The position numbers and the translations under genes were made by a program. This document shows, one piece after another, positions 37,710 to 46,729 of a stretch of 64,000 nt of DNA (position 1 is the stretch's first letter; every line of letters starts with the position of its first letter). The DNA is taken from contig JAKBJL010000002.1 of the NCBI GenBank assembly GCA_021836035.1, positions 71,484 to 135,483 of the forward strand, written 5' to 3'. Source of the stretch: a bacterium. Its GTDB lineage: Bacteria; Patescibacteriota; Microgenomatia; JAMCZE01. The notes below the pieces were generated by a model. The model did not search any database. It was not told the DNA's origin and saw nothing but the letters and a program-made list of their open reading frames with translations.

Positions 37710-39953
37710 CTACCAGCCCATATTATATTCTACTTTATGTTTCCCCGCGGGCACGATTAAACCGCGGAAATTATAATCGCTTAAATATATTTTGCTCTCT
37801 TTACCGTCAATCATTGCCTGCCAGCCGGGATAAAAACTATCTGTTAAAATAAGAAATGACTCGCCCGGACTCTGCGTAAATATTTCTATCCTGTTTGCGG
37901 AATAATAGCTGATCTCAGCGCGTCCGGCGGTAAATTCCCCCGCCGGCACCGCTTCTTCGATAACCGCGGTGTTTCTTAAATCAACGGTGAACATCTTTTC
38001 CAATACCGCCTGTTTTGAGCCGGCAGTTACGACACTACCGACCATGAATGCCCGGGGAAAGGCCCCGCTATCCTCATAAACTTTTGTATTTCCCTCAGAC
38101 ATTACCTCTTTTAGGTTTATATCGGACAGGGGCCCCAAAGATAAAAGATACCTGACGCCCAGAAGTTTGAGGAACGGGCTCCGATAATTTTTGGGAACTA
38201 TTATGCGGTTAAAGCCCCAGGGAGTATGGATATCGGCCCTGTTTCTTTCTGAAGCTGCCATCAGTTCTCCGTATCTTTTAAGATACAGCGGGTCGTAACC
38301 TCCGGGCATACTCAAGCCGTAAACAGAATTAAAATTAGGCGGAAAGATACGGTCATCAAGGGCTAATATTCTGCTATGATCACTTCCCGTATGCGTTTGC
38401 AGATATCGGGTAATTATAGTATCCGGATATAAGTAAGACCTGTCTGTGAACGGCGTATATTTAGTCCCAAACCTCAGTAAATCGAGCAATAAAATAAATA
38501 TCAAGCCGTACTTGGCAATTTGAGAAAGCAAACGGTTACGAACCGCAAACATGACGACCAACAGGCATAAAAATACGGAAAACGCGAAAAATAAGGCGGG
38601 GAAATAAAGATTTCTTTCGCTAATTAAAAAGTTTCCCGTCCGGTGGTTCAACACCCAAATCCACAGCGCGAGGATGGCCGTGCCCGGAATCGCCAGGGGG
38701 ACAAGGATCATTTTTAAGCGTTTTTTTAAGGTAAATTCGTGTCCTAAAAAATAATCTAACCCCAGCGATGCCAAAACGGCCAAGCTAAAGTCGACAATCA
38801 TGATAATTCTGGAAGGCTGGGCGGTAGAAATAAAAGGCAGGTTTAGCATATAGGGAAGTTTCGCCGGCAGTGTAGGAAGGGCCAGCAATAAAGCCGATAG
38901 ACCAACAACAGTATAATAAAATGTTTTGCGGTCCCGGCGAAAGATTACGGCGAAGATAGCAAAAACCAAAGGAAGCAAGCCGATATAGCCGACAAACTCC
39001 TGGTAATTCCAAACCCCAAAATAATTTAAAGTGGCTGGATTACCAAAGAAATCCGGGGCTACAAACTGAATTAAATTCTGCCATGGTAGAAACCAGTCGG
39101 GCCGCTGCCAATTAGCCTGATCGATATTGCGCGCTGATTGCAGGATAAATTGCAGGGTTGGTATCCATTGGACAGCGGTCAAAAATAAAAAGACCACGAA
39201 ACAAATAGCCAGGAGGGGAATTTTTCTCAGGCTCCCGGTAATCCGGACTTTGGCCAGTATATACAGAAAAGTAAAGGTAATGACATAAAAAGCGGGCTGT
39301 AAATAACCCGCCAATAAACTGGCCGACAAGGCAAAGACCAGTATTGCCGCCCACCTAAGGCTTTTCCCCCCCGCCATGATTTTATCGACAGTAAGGAGTA
39401 TCAGCGGAAGCCATAGGTATGCCTGCACCGTAGTATTCCAAACCAGCCAGGCAATAAAAAAACCGCTCCCGATAAAAACCAGGGAACCGAAAGAGGCGGA
39501 AAAGGGAGTAACACGCTGCTGGCGCAGATATAAATACATAAACACGCCTCCCATTAACATTTGTAAAAGAACCTGCCAACTCCAGGCGTCGGCAAATCTT
39601 AAAAATACATATAAAATATTTAGGGGGTAAAACGGGGCTGCCTGCATATTAGCCAGAAGCGGGGTTCCGGAGAAATTGTAAGGGTTCCAAAGCGGCAATT
39701 GCCCTTTTTTAAGGCTGTCCCAAGCAAGCAGCCGCCAGGGATACTGTTGTCTGACCGCATCGGTAATCTGAAAATTTTTAAACGGAACTCCGTTGGGAAA
39801 TTCACTCTGCCGGGAATCAATCCAGGGGTGATACATTCCCATAATTGTATCCGCGGGAATGGGTAACCTGCCCCGTAGGATAAACGGGGAGAAAAATAAC
39901 AGGATGAATAAGATCACAATACCAAAAGGGAAATTACGCTTAAACGTCTTCAT
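37710..39953 (-). CDS. YfhO family GT-C membrane protein
   Basis: D.VRQ.YPW, PLWNPYNFSG.PLLAN, FYP, APDFFGNP, GYDPL, FYPGW.A.IDG. Confidence 0.87.
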   Translation of the reverse strand: MKTFKRNFPFGIVILFILLFFSPFILRGRLPIPADTIMGMYHPWIDSRQSEFPNGVPFKNFQITDAVRQQYPWRLLAWDSLKKGQLPLWNPYNFSGTPLLANMQAAPFYPLNILYVFLRFADAWSWQVLLQMLMGGVFMYLYLRQQRVTPFSASFGSLVFIGSGFFIAWLVWNTTVQAYLWLPLILLTVDKIMAGGKSLRWAAILVFALSASLLAGYLQPAFYVITFTFLYILAKVRITGSLRKIPLLAICFVVFLFLTAVQWIPTLQFILQSARNIDQANWQRPDWFLPWQNLIQFVAPDFFGNPATLNYFGVWNYQEFVGYIGLLPLVFAIFAVIFRRDRKTFYYTVVGLSALLLALPTLPAKLPYMLNLPFISTAQPSRIIMIVDFSLAVLASLGLDYFLGHEFTLKKRLKMILVPLAIPGTAILALWIWVLNHRTGNFLISERNLYFPALFFAFSVFLCLLVVMFAVRNRLLSQIAKYGLIFILLLDLLRFGTKYTPFTDRSYLYPDTIITRYLQTHTGSDHSRILALDDRIFPPNFNSVYGLSMPGGYDPLYLKRYGELMAASERNRADIHTPWGFNRIIVPKNYRSPFLKLLGVRYLLSLGPLSDINLKEVMSEGNTKVYEDSGAFPRAFMVGSVVTAGSKQAVLEKMFTVDLRNTAVIEEAVPAGEFTAGRAEISYYSANRIEIFTQSPGESFLILTDSFYPGWQAMIDGKESKIYLSDYNFRGLIVPAGKHKVEYNMGW

Positions 39954-41011
39954 AGCGCAAGCAGTTTCTCCAATTCCCCGAAGAATTTCTCTTTGCTAAA
40001 ATACCCGCTCCTTATGACTGCGCCTGAGGATAACTGCTGCCACAAATCGAAATCTTTAATAAGATTAAGGGTCTTCTCTTTTAATTCTTCCGGGGTTTTC
40101 CAAAGAAAACCGGACTTGCCGTCTTCAATTATTTCCAGTTGCCCCCCGCCGGCAAAACTTAAGGGAACACACCCGGCCGCCATGGCTTCCACAGTAGCGA
40201 TACCGAAATGTTCGGCTTTATCGGGGTATTTCTCCAAGTTCTCTCCATATCCTGCAGCGTGCCAGAATATTTTGGCTTTACTATAATATTCCTGTAAAAC
40301 CGGAAAAGCGCTATCGGCGATAATTTTTATAGGAAAGCCCGTGCTTTTTTTGCGGAGCCGGTCGATTTCCTTACGCGACCCCGCAGTAATCCCCCCGATA
40401 AGCACCAGCCGCCAGCCACGCAGTTTATTTTTATATAAATCCACAAATTCCCTAATCAGTATTTCCTGTTTTTTAGGATTTGCGGGGGCAAAAAACCGCC
40501 CGACAGCAAGAATGATATTTTCCTTAACCCCCGGCCGGAAAGACTCTACATCCACCGGCGGATAAATTACCCGGCTTTGTACATGGTAGCTTTCGTCAAT
40601 ATATTTCTTGGTAAAATAAGAATTACAAATCACCGTATTTATACGGCGCAGTTTTAGCCAATCCAGGATATTTACTCCCTTAGCGGGGATCGGCATCTGG
40701 AAATGAAGTATATTTTTGGCAGCGAAACTTAAGGGGATACTGCCGTCCGAGAGGAACAAAATCAGATCATATGGTCGGGTCCGGGATATCTTCTCACGGT
40801 AATTTCCCCTTTGAGCAAATACATTTTTAACGAATTTTAAACCCGTCAGGTCAAGATTAAAACGATCTTTGATTTGGGAAGTGCTTGCTTCCCCCTCCCC
40901 GAAAATATCTACTTCATCACCGCGGCGTAAAAAGAATTCCGCCGCCGTAAGCATGTACCTTTCGCCTCCCCCCATGGTGGCAACATAAGGAGTGAACAGC
41001 CCGACTTTCAT
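39950..41011 (-). CDS. GT4 glycosyltransferase with ALG2/ALG11-type EHFGI motif
   Basis: GGGER, NS.FT, YPPV, VGRF, EHFGIATVEAMAAG. Confidence 0.9.
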   Translation of the reverse strand: MKVGLFTPYVATMGGGERYMLTAAEFFLRRGDEVDIFGEGEASTSQIKDRFNLDLTGLKFVKNVFAQRGNYREKISRTRPYDLILFLSDGSIPLSFAAKNILHFQMPIPAKGVNILDWLKLRRINTVICNSYFTKKYIDESYHVQSRVIYPPVDVESFRPGVKENIILAVGRFFAPANPKKQEILIREFVDLYKNKLRGWRLVLIGGITAGSRKEIDRLRKKSTGFPIKIIADSAFPVLQEYYSKAKIFWHAAGYGENLEKYPDKAEHFGIATVEAMAAGCVPLSFAGGGQLEIIEDGKSGFLWKTPEELKEKTLNLIKDFDLWQQLSSGAVIRSGYFSKEKFFGELEKLLAL

Positions 41012-41811
41012 ATTTCCGCCGCCAAGATTTTTTTATCAATATTTCTGTAAGTTTCCGCCAGCGGCTCTTTCCTTTGCAGCTCCCAGAGACGCACATAGAC
41101 GATAAAAAAGGAAAAAACCTGGAAAAGGCCGTCAAGCCATCCCTCGGTACCCTGTCGCCAGGCTTGGTATTTGATAAATCTTTGCCAAAATTCCGTAGCC
41201 ATTATCCGTAACAACCGCCACCAGGAAACGGGCGGATGGTTATTAGCAAAGCGCAATTTGGCTTCGTGATCGGAAAAATTAATGGTTTTAGCCATCATGG
41301 TATAAATATCCCGGTGCGTGAGATGATAAAGCGGCTTATAAAGCTCGCCTATCGGGCCATCCACCCGGGAAGTTTCATGTATCTCGCCGCTCCATCCTTT
41401 GAGCTTATCCTTTTTAAAGAGCCTGGTAAGATAATCCGGGTAACGGTCGCCGTAGCGCACTTCTTTTCCCAGGAAAAAATTTACCCGACGTAACTTATAA
41501 GCACAATATTGGGGGTTCTTCAATTCCTTTTGCATTTCCTCCCGCAACGTAGCTGATACCCGCTCGTCAGCGTCCAGATACAAAAGCCAGTCTCCCCCGG
41601 CTTTTTCTTTTCCCAGGTTATGGCGCTGGGAAAAATCAGTTGAGCTGCTGGGGTAAATTTTGTCGGTATATTTTCGCACGATGTTAAGAGTATCCGCATC
41701 TGCGCCGTTATCAATAACGATAATCTCGTTGGCCCATTTTACCGACTCGAGGGCTGCGGAAATATATTCCTTTTCTTCCGGCCAAAAAGTAAATAAAATT
41801 ACGGTTAACAT
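41008..41811 (-). CDS. GT2 glycosyltransferase (WaaE/KdtX-like)
   Basis: WLLYLDADE, YPD, IHE. The N-terminus is divergent. Confidence 0.85.
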   Translation of the reverse strand: MLTVILFTFWPEEKEYISAALESVKWANEIIVIDNGADADTLNIVRKYTDKIYPSSSTDFSQRHNLGKEKAGGDWLLYLDADERVSATLREEMQKELKNPQYCAYKLRRVNFFLGKEVRYGDRYPDYLTRLFKKDKLKGWSGEIHETSRVDGPIGELYKPLYHLTHRDIYTMMAKTINFSDHEAKLRFANNHPPVSWWRLLRIMATEFWQRFIKYQAWRQGTEGWLDGLFQVFSFFIVYVRLWELQRKEPLAETYRNIDKKILAAEI

Positions 41812-43487
41812 TAATTTTCCCTCTCAAAAACCAGAGCGCTTTCGTTCTCAAAAACGATTTTAAACCTTCCGGCTTCTACCATTTTAGCAAAATCGATCGC
41901 TTCGGGCCTCAGGAAGAACAGATAATCATAATTTGCCGACGGCGGAGTAACCGCCCCTACTTGTTGGTTAAAATCCTCTCCGGCCCCGATAGTCCGGCGT
42001 TCGGCAAGAGAGCTAAACCATAGATACCTTCTGTTGAAATCATTCGGGGGTAAATAAAATACTGCCGACGGGGGGGTCTTAGTTTTAACATAATCCACGG
42101 CCGCTAAGACCTTCCGGGGGATGACAATCGGTTCACGGTTGGGTTGCCATCTCGAGGATAATTCTTCCCGATCAGACCATAAGACAAATATTACTAAAAG
42201 TCCCAGCAGCAGAGCTTTGCTTTTCCCGGTCCCTACAGAAATAATTTTAAACACGGCCACCGTGAACATAATCCCCATAAGGGTCGTAAAATAGGGCGTA
42301 AACTGAACCACGTCATAGGCTTTTTTCATCTGGTTAAAAAACAAAGGGATTAGCAAAGAAATGAAACCGGCACATAAAAGAAACGCTTCCGCAGCGGTAA
42401 TCTTGGTAGTTTTTTTAAGGATCGCCACCAGAGATATGATTCCCATGAGCCTTATCCCCAAACTACCTACCAGATAAAAAAGGAGAGCGTAGCTATATAA
42501 AATAATTAAGCGCCAATAGCTGTGGATCAGAAGATATTGATCCCGGGCAATTAAAAATCGGGGCGTATTCAACCGGTCAAGATCAATCATCATTTTATCC
42601 AGGAGCCAAAAGGGTGCGAATTGTAAACCGGCTACTCCCCTGTCTATCGTGAGGAAAAACCATATCCCCATAACTATCCCTCCAAAAATCCCGAACCAGA
42701 GGATTTTTTGATCCCTGCGGAAAATTAATTGCCAGACCCCGGCCAATAATACTGCCGGCAGCATAACAATCCCCCCATAGGCTTTTATGCCGAAGGATAA
42801 TCCCAGAAGCAGCGCCATTAAGACCAAATTGCCTACTCTTCCGGTTTCCTGGTATTTGCTCAACAGGAGAAAAATAACCAGAAACAGTATTAATCCCACC
42901 AGGGCCTGGGGATTAACCATCATTCCCAATAACTGATCGGTCATAAAAAGATTGCTGGCTGAGTGATTGGGGTGCAAACCGAAGCGGTACCAAAATGACG
43001 GATCCAGGGTTCCGAAACCGGTTCCGAAGATGGTAAAAAATATCGCCGTCGCGGCACAAAGCGTGTTCCCCGTCAGCCTTTTAGTCGTAAAATAAACGGC
43101 TGCCGCCAGGCTAACGGATATAACCGCCGGAATAATCCGAAAATATAAGTCCAGCACGGAAAAGGGGGAAACCTTGCTTATTAAAGCCACCCCGGCGTCA
43201 AAGAGATAGTGGTAATTTTTAAGAGGTGTCGTTCCGCCAGCGGCAAAGTTGGTCGGCGGAAAACGGTGCCGCATTTCCGCAATTAAAGACAGATGAACGT
43301 TGCTGTCGTGGAAAAGGACATAACCGTTGAACAGCAAATTTCCTTCTTGGTCTCTTAATCCGCTTCTGGCTATCTCAGAGCCCTGGGCCCAAACCGACAG
43401 CAAGGTAAAAAGGACGGCGATAATAAAAACCATGATTGGCTTGGGACGAGAAGGAAATTTAAAAGCCGATCTTTTGGGAGACGACAT
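41811..43487 (-). CDS. GT-C-type membrane protein with an AglB/STT3-like soluble C-terminal layout
   Basis: HDSNVH loop, NYHY, NPQ, IKAY, and C-terminal AVDYVKTKTPPSAVF...LAERRT. Start uncertain (43535, 43514, 43487 or 43433). Confidence 0.68.
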   Translation of the reverse strand: MSSPKRSAFKFPSRPKPIMVFIIAVLFTLLSVWAQGSEIARSGLRDQEGNLLFNGYVLFHDSNVHLSLIAEMRHRFPPTNFAAGGTTPLKNYHYLFDAGVALISKVSPFSVLDLYFRIIPAVISVSLAAAVYFTTKRLTGNTLCAATAIFFTIFGTGFGTLDPSFWYRFGLHPNHSASNLFMTDQLLGMMVNPQALVGLILFLVIFLLLSKYQETGRVGNLVLMALLLGLSFGIKAYGGIVMLPAVLLAGVWQLIFRRDQKILWFGIFGGIVMGIWFFLTIDRGVAGLQFAPFWLLDKMMIDLDRLNTPRFLIARDQYLLIHSYWRLIILYSYALLFYLVGSLGIRLMGIISLVAILKKTTKITAAEAFLLCAGFISLLIPLFFNQMKKAYDVVQFTPYFTTLMGIMFTVAVFKIISVGTGKSKALLLGLLVIFVLWSDREELSSRWQPNREPIVIPRKVLAAVDYVKTKTPPSAVFYLPPNDFNRRYLWFSSLAERRTIGAGEDFNQQVGAVTPPSANYDYLFFLRPEAIDFAKMVEAGRFKIVFENESALVFEREN

Positions 43488-44388
43488 AATAGGGGCGGTG
43501 TTTGACTTCATCATAAATTCTGCCGATATATTCACCGATTATTCCCAAGATAATCAATTGGCCACCCCCGACAATCAAAATGGAAAGCATGGGTCCGGAC
43601 CAACCCAAAATAGCGGTATGGCTGATAAACTTCTGATAGAAAACATCCAGAATTCCGGCTATAGCCCCCAGGGAAATAAGTAAGCCGAAGATAGTCGCCG
43701 CCCGCAGCGGTACGTAAGAAAAAGAAAACAGGGCATCAAACCCCATAGCAAGCAATTTCCGAAAGGTCTGCGGCGGTTTACCGGCAAACCGCTCCTGTTT
43801 CTCATAAACCAATTCCGTCTGGCGAAAACCGACCCATGCCCGCAGCCCCGCAACATAGCGGTTGCGCTCGGAGAGGGATACTAATATGTCCACCACGGGG
43901 CGGCGCATTACGGAAAAGGCTCCCACATTGGCGGGCATTTTGTATGAAGCCAGTCTGTCCATTAACAGATAGAAGGAACGGAAAAGGAACATTCTTAAGA
44001 GCGGGTCCCTGCGTTTATCATGGGTAGCCAAAACTACATCATAACCTTCGTTCAGTTTGGCAAGCAAGTTGGGAATAAACTCCGGAGCATCCTGAAGATC
44101 TCCGTCCATTAAAACCACTGTTTCTCCGCTGGTATTGTCCAGCGCCGCCGTAACCGCGGCTTCGTGACCGAAATTCCGGGAAAGAGAAACCACCCTGACA
44201 TTTTTGTCTCGTTCATGAATACTTTCCAGTTTAGCCAGCGTTGTATCCCGGCTGCCATCATCTACCGCTACGATTTCATAGCTTTTGCCCAAATCCTTAA
44301 GCACGACACTTACGCGGCGGTAAAACTCCTCCACGTTCTGTTCCTCATTATAAAAAGGCACCGCCACCGACAAGCTTAAATTGTTCAT
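43459..44388 (-). CDS. GtrB/CsbB/YkoT-like GT2 polyprenyl-phosphate glycosyltransferase
   Basis: PFYNEE, VDDGSRD, SRNFGHE, MDGDLQD, two C-terminal TM helices, GEYIGRIYDEVK.RP. Confidence 0.92.
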   Translation of the reverse strand: MNNLSLSVAVPFYNEEQNVEEFYRRVSVVLKDLGKSYEIVAVDDGSRDTTLAKLESIHERDKNVRVVSLSRNFGHEAAVTAALDNTSGETVVLMDGDLQDAPEFIPNLLAKLNEGYDVVLATHDKRRDPLLRMFLFRSFYLLMDRLASYKMPANVGAFSVMRRPVVDILVSLSERNRYVAGLRAWVGFRQTELVYEKQERFAGKPPQTFRKLLAMGFDALFSFSYVPLRAATIFGLLISLGAIAGILDVFYQKFISHTAILGWSGPMLSILIVGGGQLIILGIIGEYIGRIYDEVKHRPYYVVSQKIGF

Positions 44389-45281
44389 AAAAGCGGCAGT
44401 TTATTTCTTAATTTATAGTACAACTTTTTTAGGGGATTCGTGCTTTTAACCATTAGCCAGTAACGGAAGTCATGGGCGGTCTTTTTCGCCTCTATGGTAA
44501 TCTGGTCCATAAAATCGCCGCTATCGTAGGCGGTAAACCCCTGCATTTCCCATAGCTTAGCAAAAACAATTAAACGATTGGATGCTTGTAATAAAGAAAG
44601 AACCAAGCCATGCAGACCGTCTAAATAACCCTCCCAAAAGAAAAAACGCTTGAAGAACTCATCGGTGGGAAATTTAATAGCGTCCGACCAGACAACCCTT
44701 TCTCCCTTTTCCTTTAAATAGCGGGCATCATCCGTAGTATAGCGGTTCAGGCGGTCTACATACTGGAAGACGGAACTATAATGATTATGAACCAGGTCGC
44801 TTTTCAGGACTCCCGGATTCCCGACTATTTCTATCTGCTCATGAACCGATTTACAGGGATATTTACCCTTCCCCTTTTTAAACAATTTTATCTGGTAATC
44901 GGGGTACCATCCGGAATGTTCTATCCATTTACCGAAAATGTAATTTTTCCGGGGAATCTGATATCCGAAAGATTGCCCGTTACCGCTTATCACCTTCCTG
45001 ATTTCCTGCTCCAGATCCGCCGTAACCACTTCGTCCGCGTCCAGCTGTAAAATCCATTCCCCGCTACAGGCATCAACCGCTTTCTGCTTCGTCCGGTGGA
45101 ACATTTCCTGATGTTCCGTAATAAACACCTTATCGGTAAATTTTTTGGCGATAGCTACAGTTCCGTCCGAAGAGTTTTCGTCAAACAGCACAACTTCATC
45201 CGCCCATTTGACTGATGCCAGGCAGTCGGCAATATTATTTTCTTCATTGCGGGCGGCAATCGCCACCGATAGTTTCTTCAT
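44385..45281 (-). CDS. GT2 glycosyltransferase (WaaE/KdtX-like)
   Basis: ARNEE, WILQLDADE, WYPD, VHE, DGLHGL. Confidence 0.88.
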   Translation of the reverse strand: MKKLSVAIAARNEENNIADCLASVKWADEVVLFDENSSDGTVAIAKKFTDKVFITEHQEMFHRTKQKAVDACSGEWILQLDADEVVTADLEQEIRKVISGNGQSFGYQIPRKNYIFGKWIEHSGWYPDYQIKLFKKGKGKYPCKSVHEQIEIVGNPGVLKSDLVHNHYSSVFQYVDRLNRYTTDDARYLKEKGERVVWSDAIKFPTDEFFKRFFFWEGYLDGLHGLVLSLLQASNRLIVFAKLWEMQGFTAYDSGDFMDQITIEAKKTAHDFRYWLMVKSTNPLKKLYYKLRNKLPLL

Positions 45282-46729
45282 TTCCGGTATGCCTGATAAA
45301 TCAGATTAAAATTCTCGCGTATTTTTCTTCCGTCCAGTAACCAAATCGCCGATAAGTAAATTATAGCACCGGTAAGGCCCGCCAAAATGAAAGTGAGGTA
45401 GGTAACCGGCAAAAAGCGCCATAATCCCCAAAGCACCGCAGCCATAATAAGGCTGGCCAGGGCAGGTTTAAGAACGTTCCCCAGAAAATTAAACGTGACC
45501 ACCCGTTTGACCAGATAGATAGTCAGAAATATGGTTAAACTGACTACCAGGGGGGCGACGGCTACCCCGTTATACCCGTAGAGGGAAACAAAAAAGATGG
45601 TAAGCGGCCAGATAAGCAATATCCATAAAACCATCAGCCCCAGGGTTTTGCGGACATTGCCGGTCGCGTCTAAAGCATTAACTAAAATCCCGGAAAGCGA
45701 GGAAACCGCCGCCCCGGCCAGAAAAAAATAAAATAGCGGCAAACCCGGAGCCCATTTCTGGTATTTGGGTAAAAGGAAAAGCAGCTTGTCAATCAATACC
45801 GCCATGAGCGTCAGAACCGGAAACATGATCAGGCTCACCCCATATAAAGAGCGTTCAATCCCCGATTGTAATTTTCCCGCCTGATCCTGGACCCGCGCAT
45901 AGGTCGGAAAAGTAACTTTGGTTACGCTGCTGACAATAAAATTAAAAGGGCTATATGCCCACCTTTGCCACCAGCCGACATAACCCAATCCGACGGTTCC
46001 TACGGCAGGCAAACCCGAGAGAAAAACTACCAAAAGATTATCCTTAATCAAAGCCAGGCCGTTTTTGGCTTGATACATAATTCCGAAAGATAATAACCGC
46101 CGGGCCCGGCCCCAAGACAAACCGAAAGACACTTTCCAGGGCGACAGCAAATAATAAAGAGGCAAGCCTGCCAGGGCGGAAATAAGGTAAGCCCAGGAGT
46201 ATGCGGCCACCTGAAACTTATTATAAGCCAAAATCACGACGATCACGCTGAAAACAAATTGCTCCACGAGAGACGGAATAATCTGGGTTTCAAAAGCGAT
46301 TTTCCTCTCCAGGAGTATTGAGGGAATAGATTTCAGGGAAGAAATGAATAAAACCAGGAGAAAGACATAGTAAAGATTAATGCCGTCAGTTCCCAGCCGC
46401 GCAAAGGAAGCAATAAAAGGAGTTAAAAGCCATCCCACGGCGATGACCAGGAAAACAAGAATTTCCTGGAGCGTAAAGACGGTCCGGAGATCATTTTCTT
46501 CCAGGTTTTCGTGTTTCTGCACCAGCGCGGCTCCCAAACCCAGATCAACGAAAAAATTAAAGAAGGGGTAAATGGCGGAGACGGCAACATAAGTACCGAA
46601 GGCCTGCTGGGACAAAAACAATCCCAGAGGAATAAGCGTCAGCATGGTAATGACCTGGTTGATCATCTGCCGGCTTGTCAGGGCGACAATACTCCGGATG
46701 GTTTTATTTTTTATTTCTTCTGATTCCAT
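45278..46729 (-). CDS. wzx: MOP-superfamily oligosaccharide flippase (WzxC-like)
   Basis: 483 aa, highly polytopic. DLGLGAALVQ, LLER, FPTYAR.Q and KW motifs. Confidence 0.87.
   Translation of the reverse strand: MESEEIKNKTIRSIVALTSRQMINQVITMLTLIPLGLFLSQQAFGTYVAVSAIYPFFNFFVDLGLGAALVQKHENLEENDLRTVFTLQEILVFLVIAVGWLLTPFIASFARLGTDGINLYYVFLLVLFISSLKSIPSILLERKIAFETQIIPSLVEQFVFSVIVVILAYNKFQVAAYSWAYLISALAGLPLYYLLSPWKVSFGLSWGRARRLLSFGIMYQAKNGLALIKDNLLVVFLSGLPAVGTVGLGYVGWWQRWAYSPFNFIVSSVTKVTFPTYARVQDQAGKLQSGIERSLYGVSLIMFPVLTLMAVLIDKLLFLLPKYQKWAPGLPLFYFFLAGAAVSSLSGILVNALDATGNVRKTLGLMVLWILLIWPLTIFFVSLYGYNGVAVAPLVVSLTIFLTIYLVKRVVTFNFLGNVLKPALASLIMAAVLWGLWRFLPVTYLTFILAGLTGAIIYLSAIWLLDGRKIRENFNLIYQAYRK

Noticed and set aside
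43459-43535. Very long gene overlaps implied by the ORF track (e.g. 77-85 bp)
   Set aside because: Most shrink when downstream ATGs are used, so they are probably longest-ORF artefacts.
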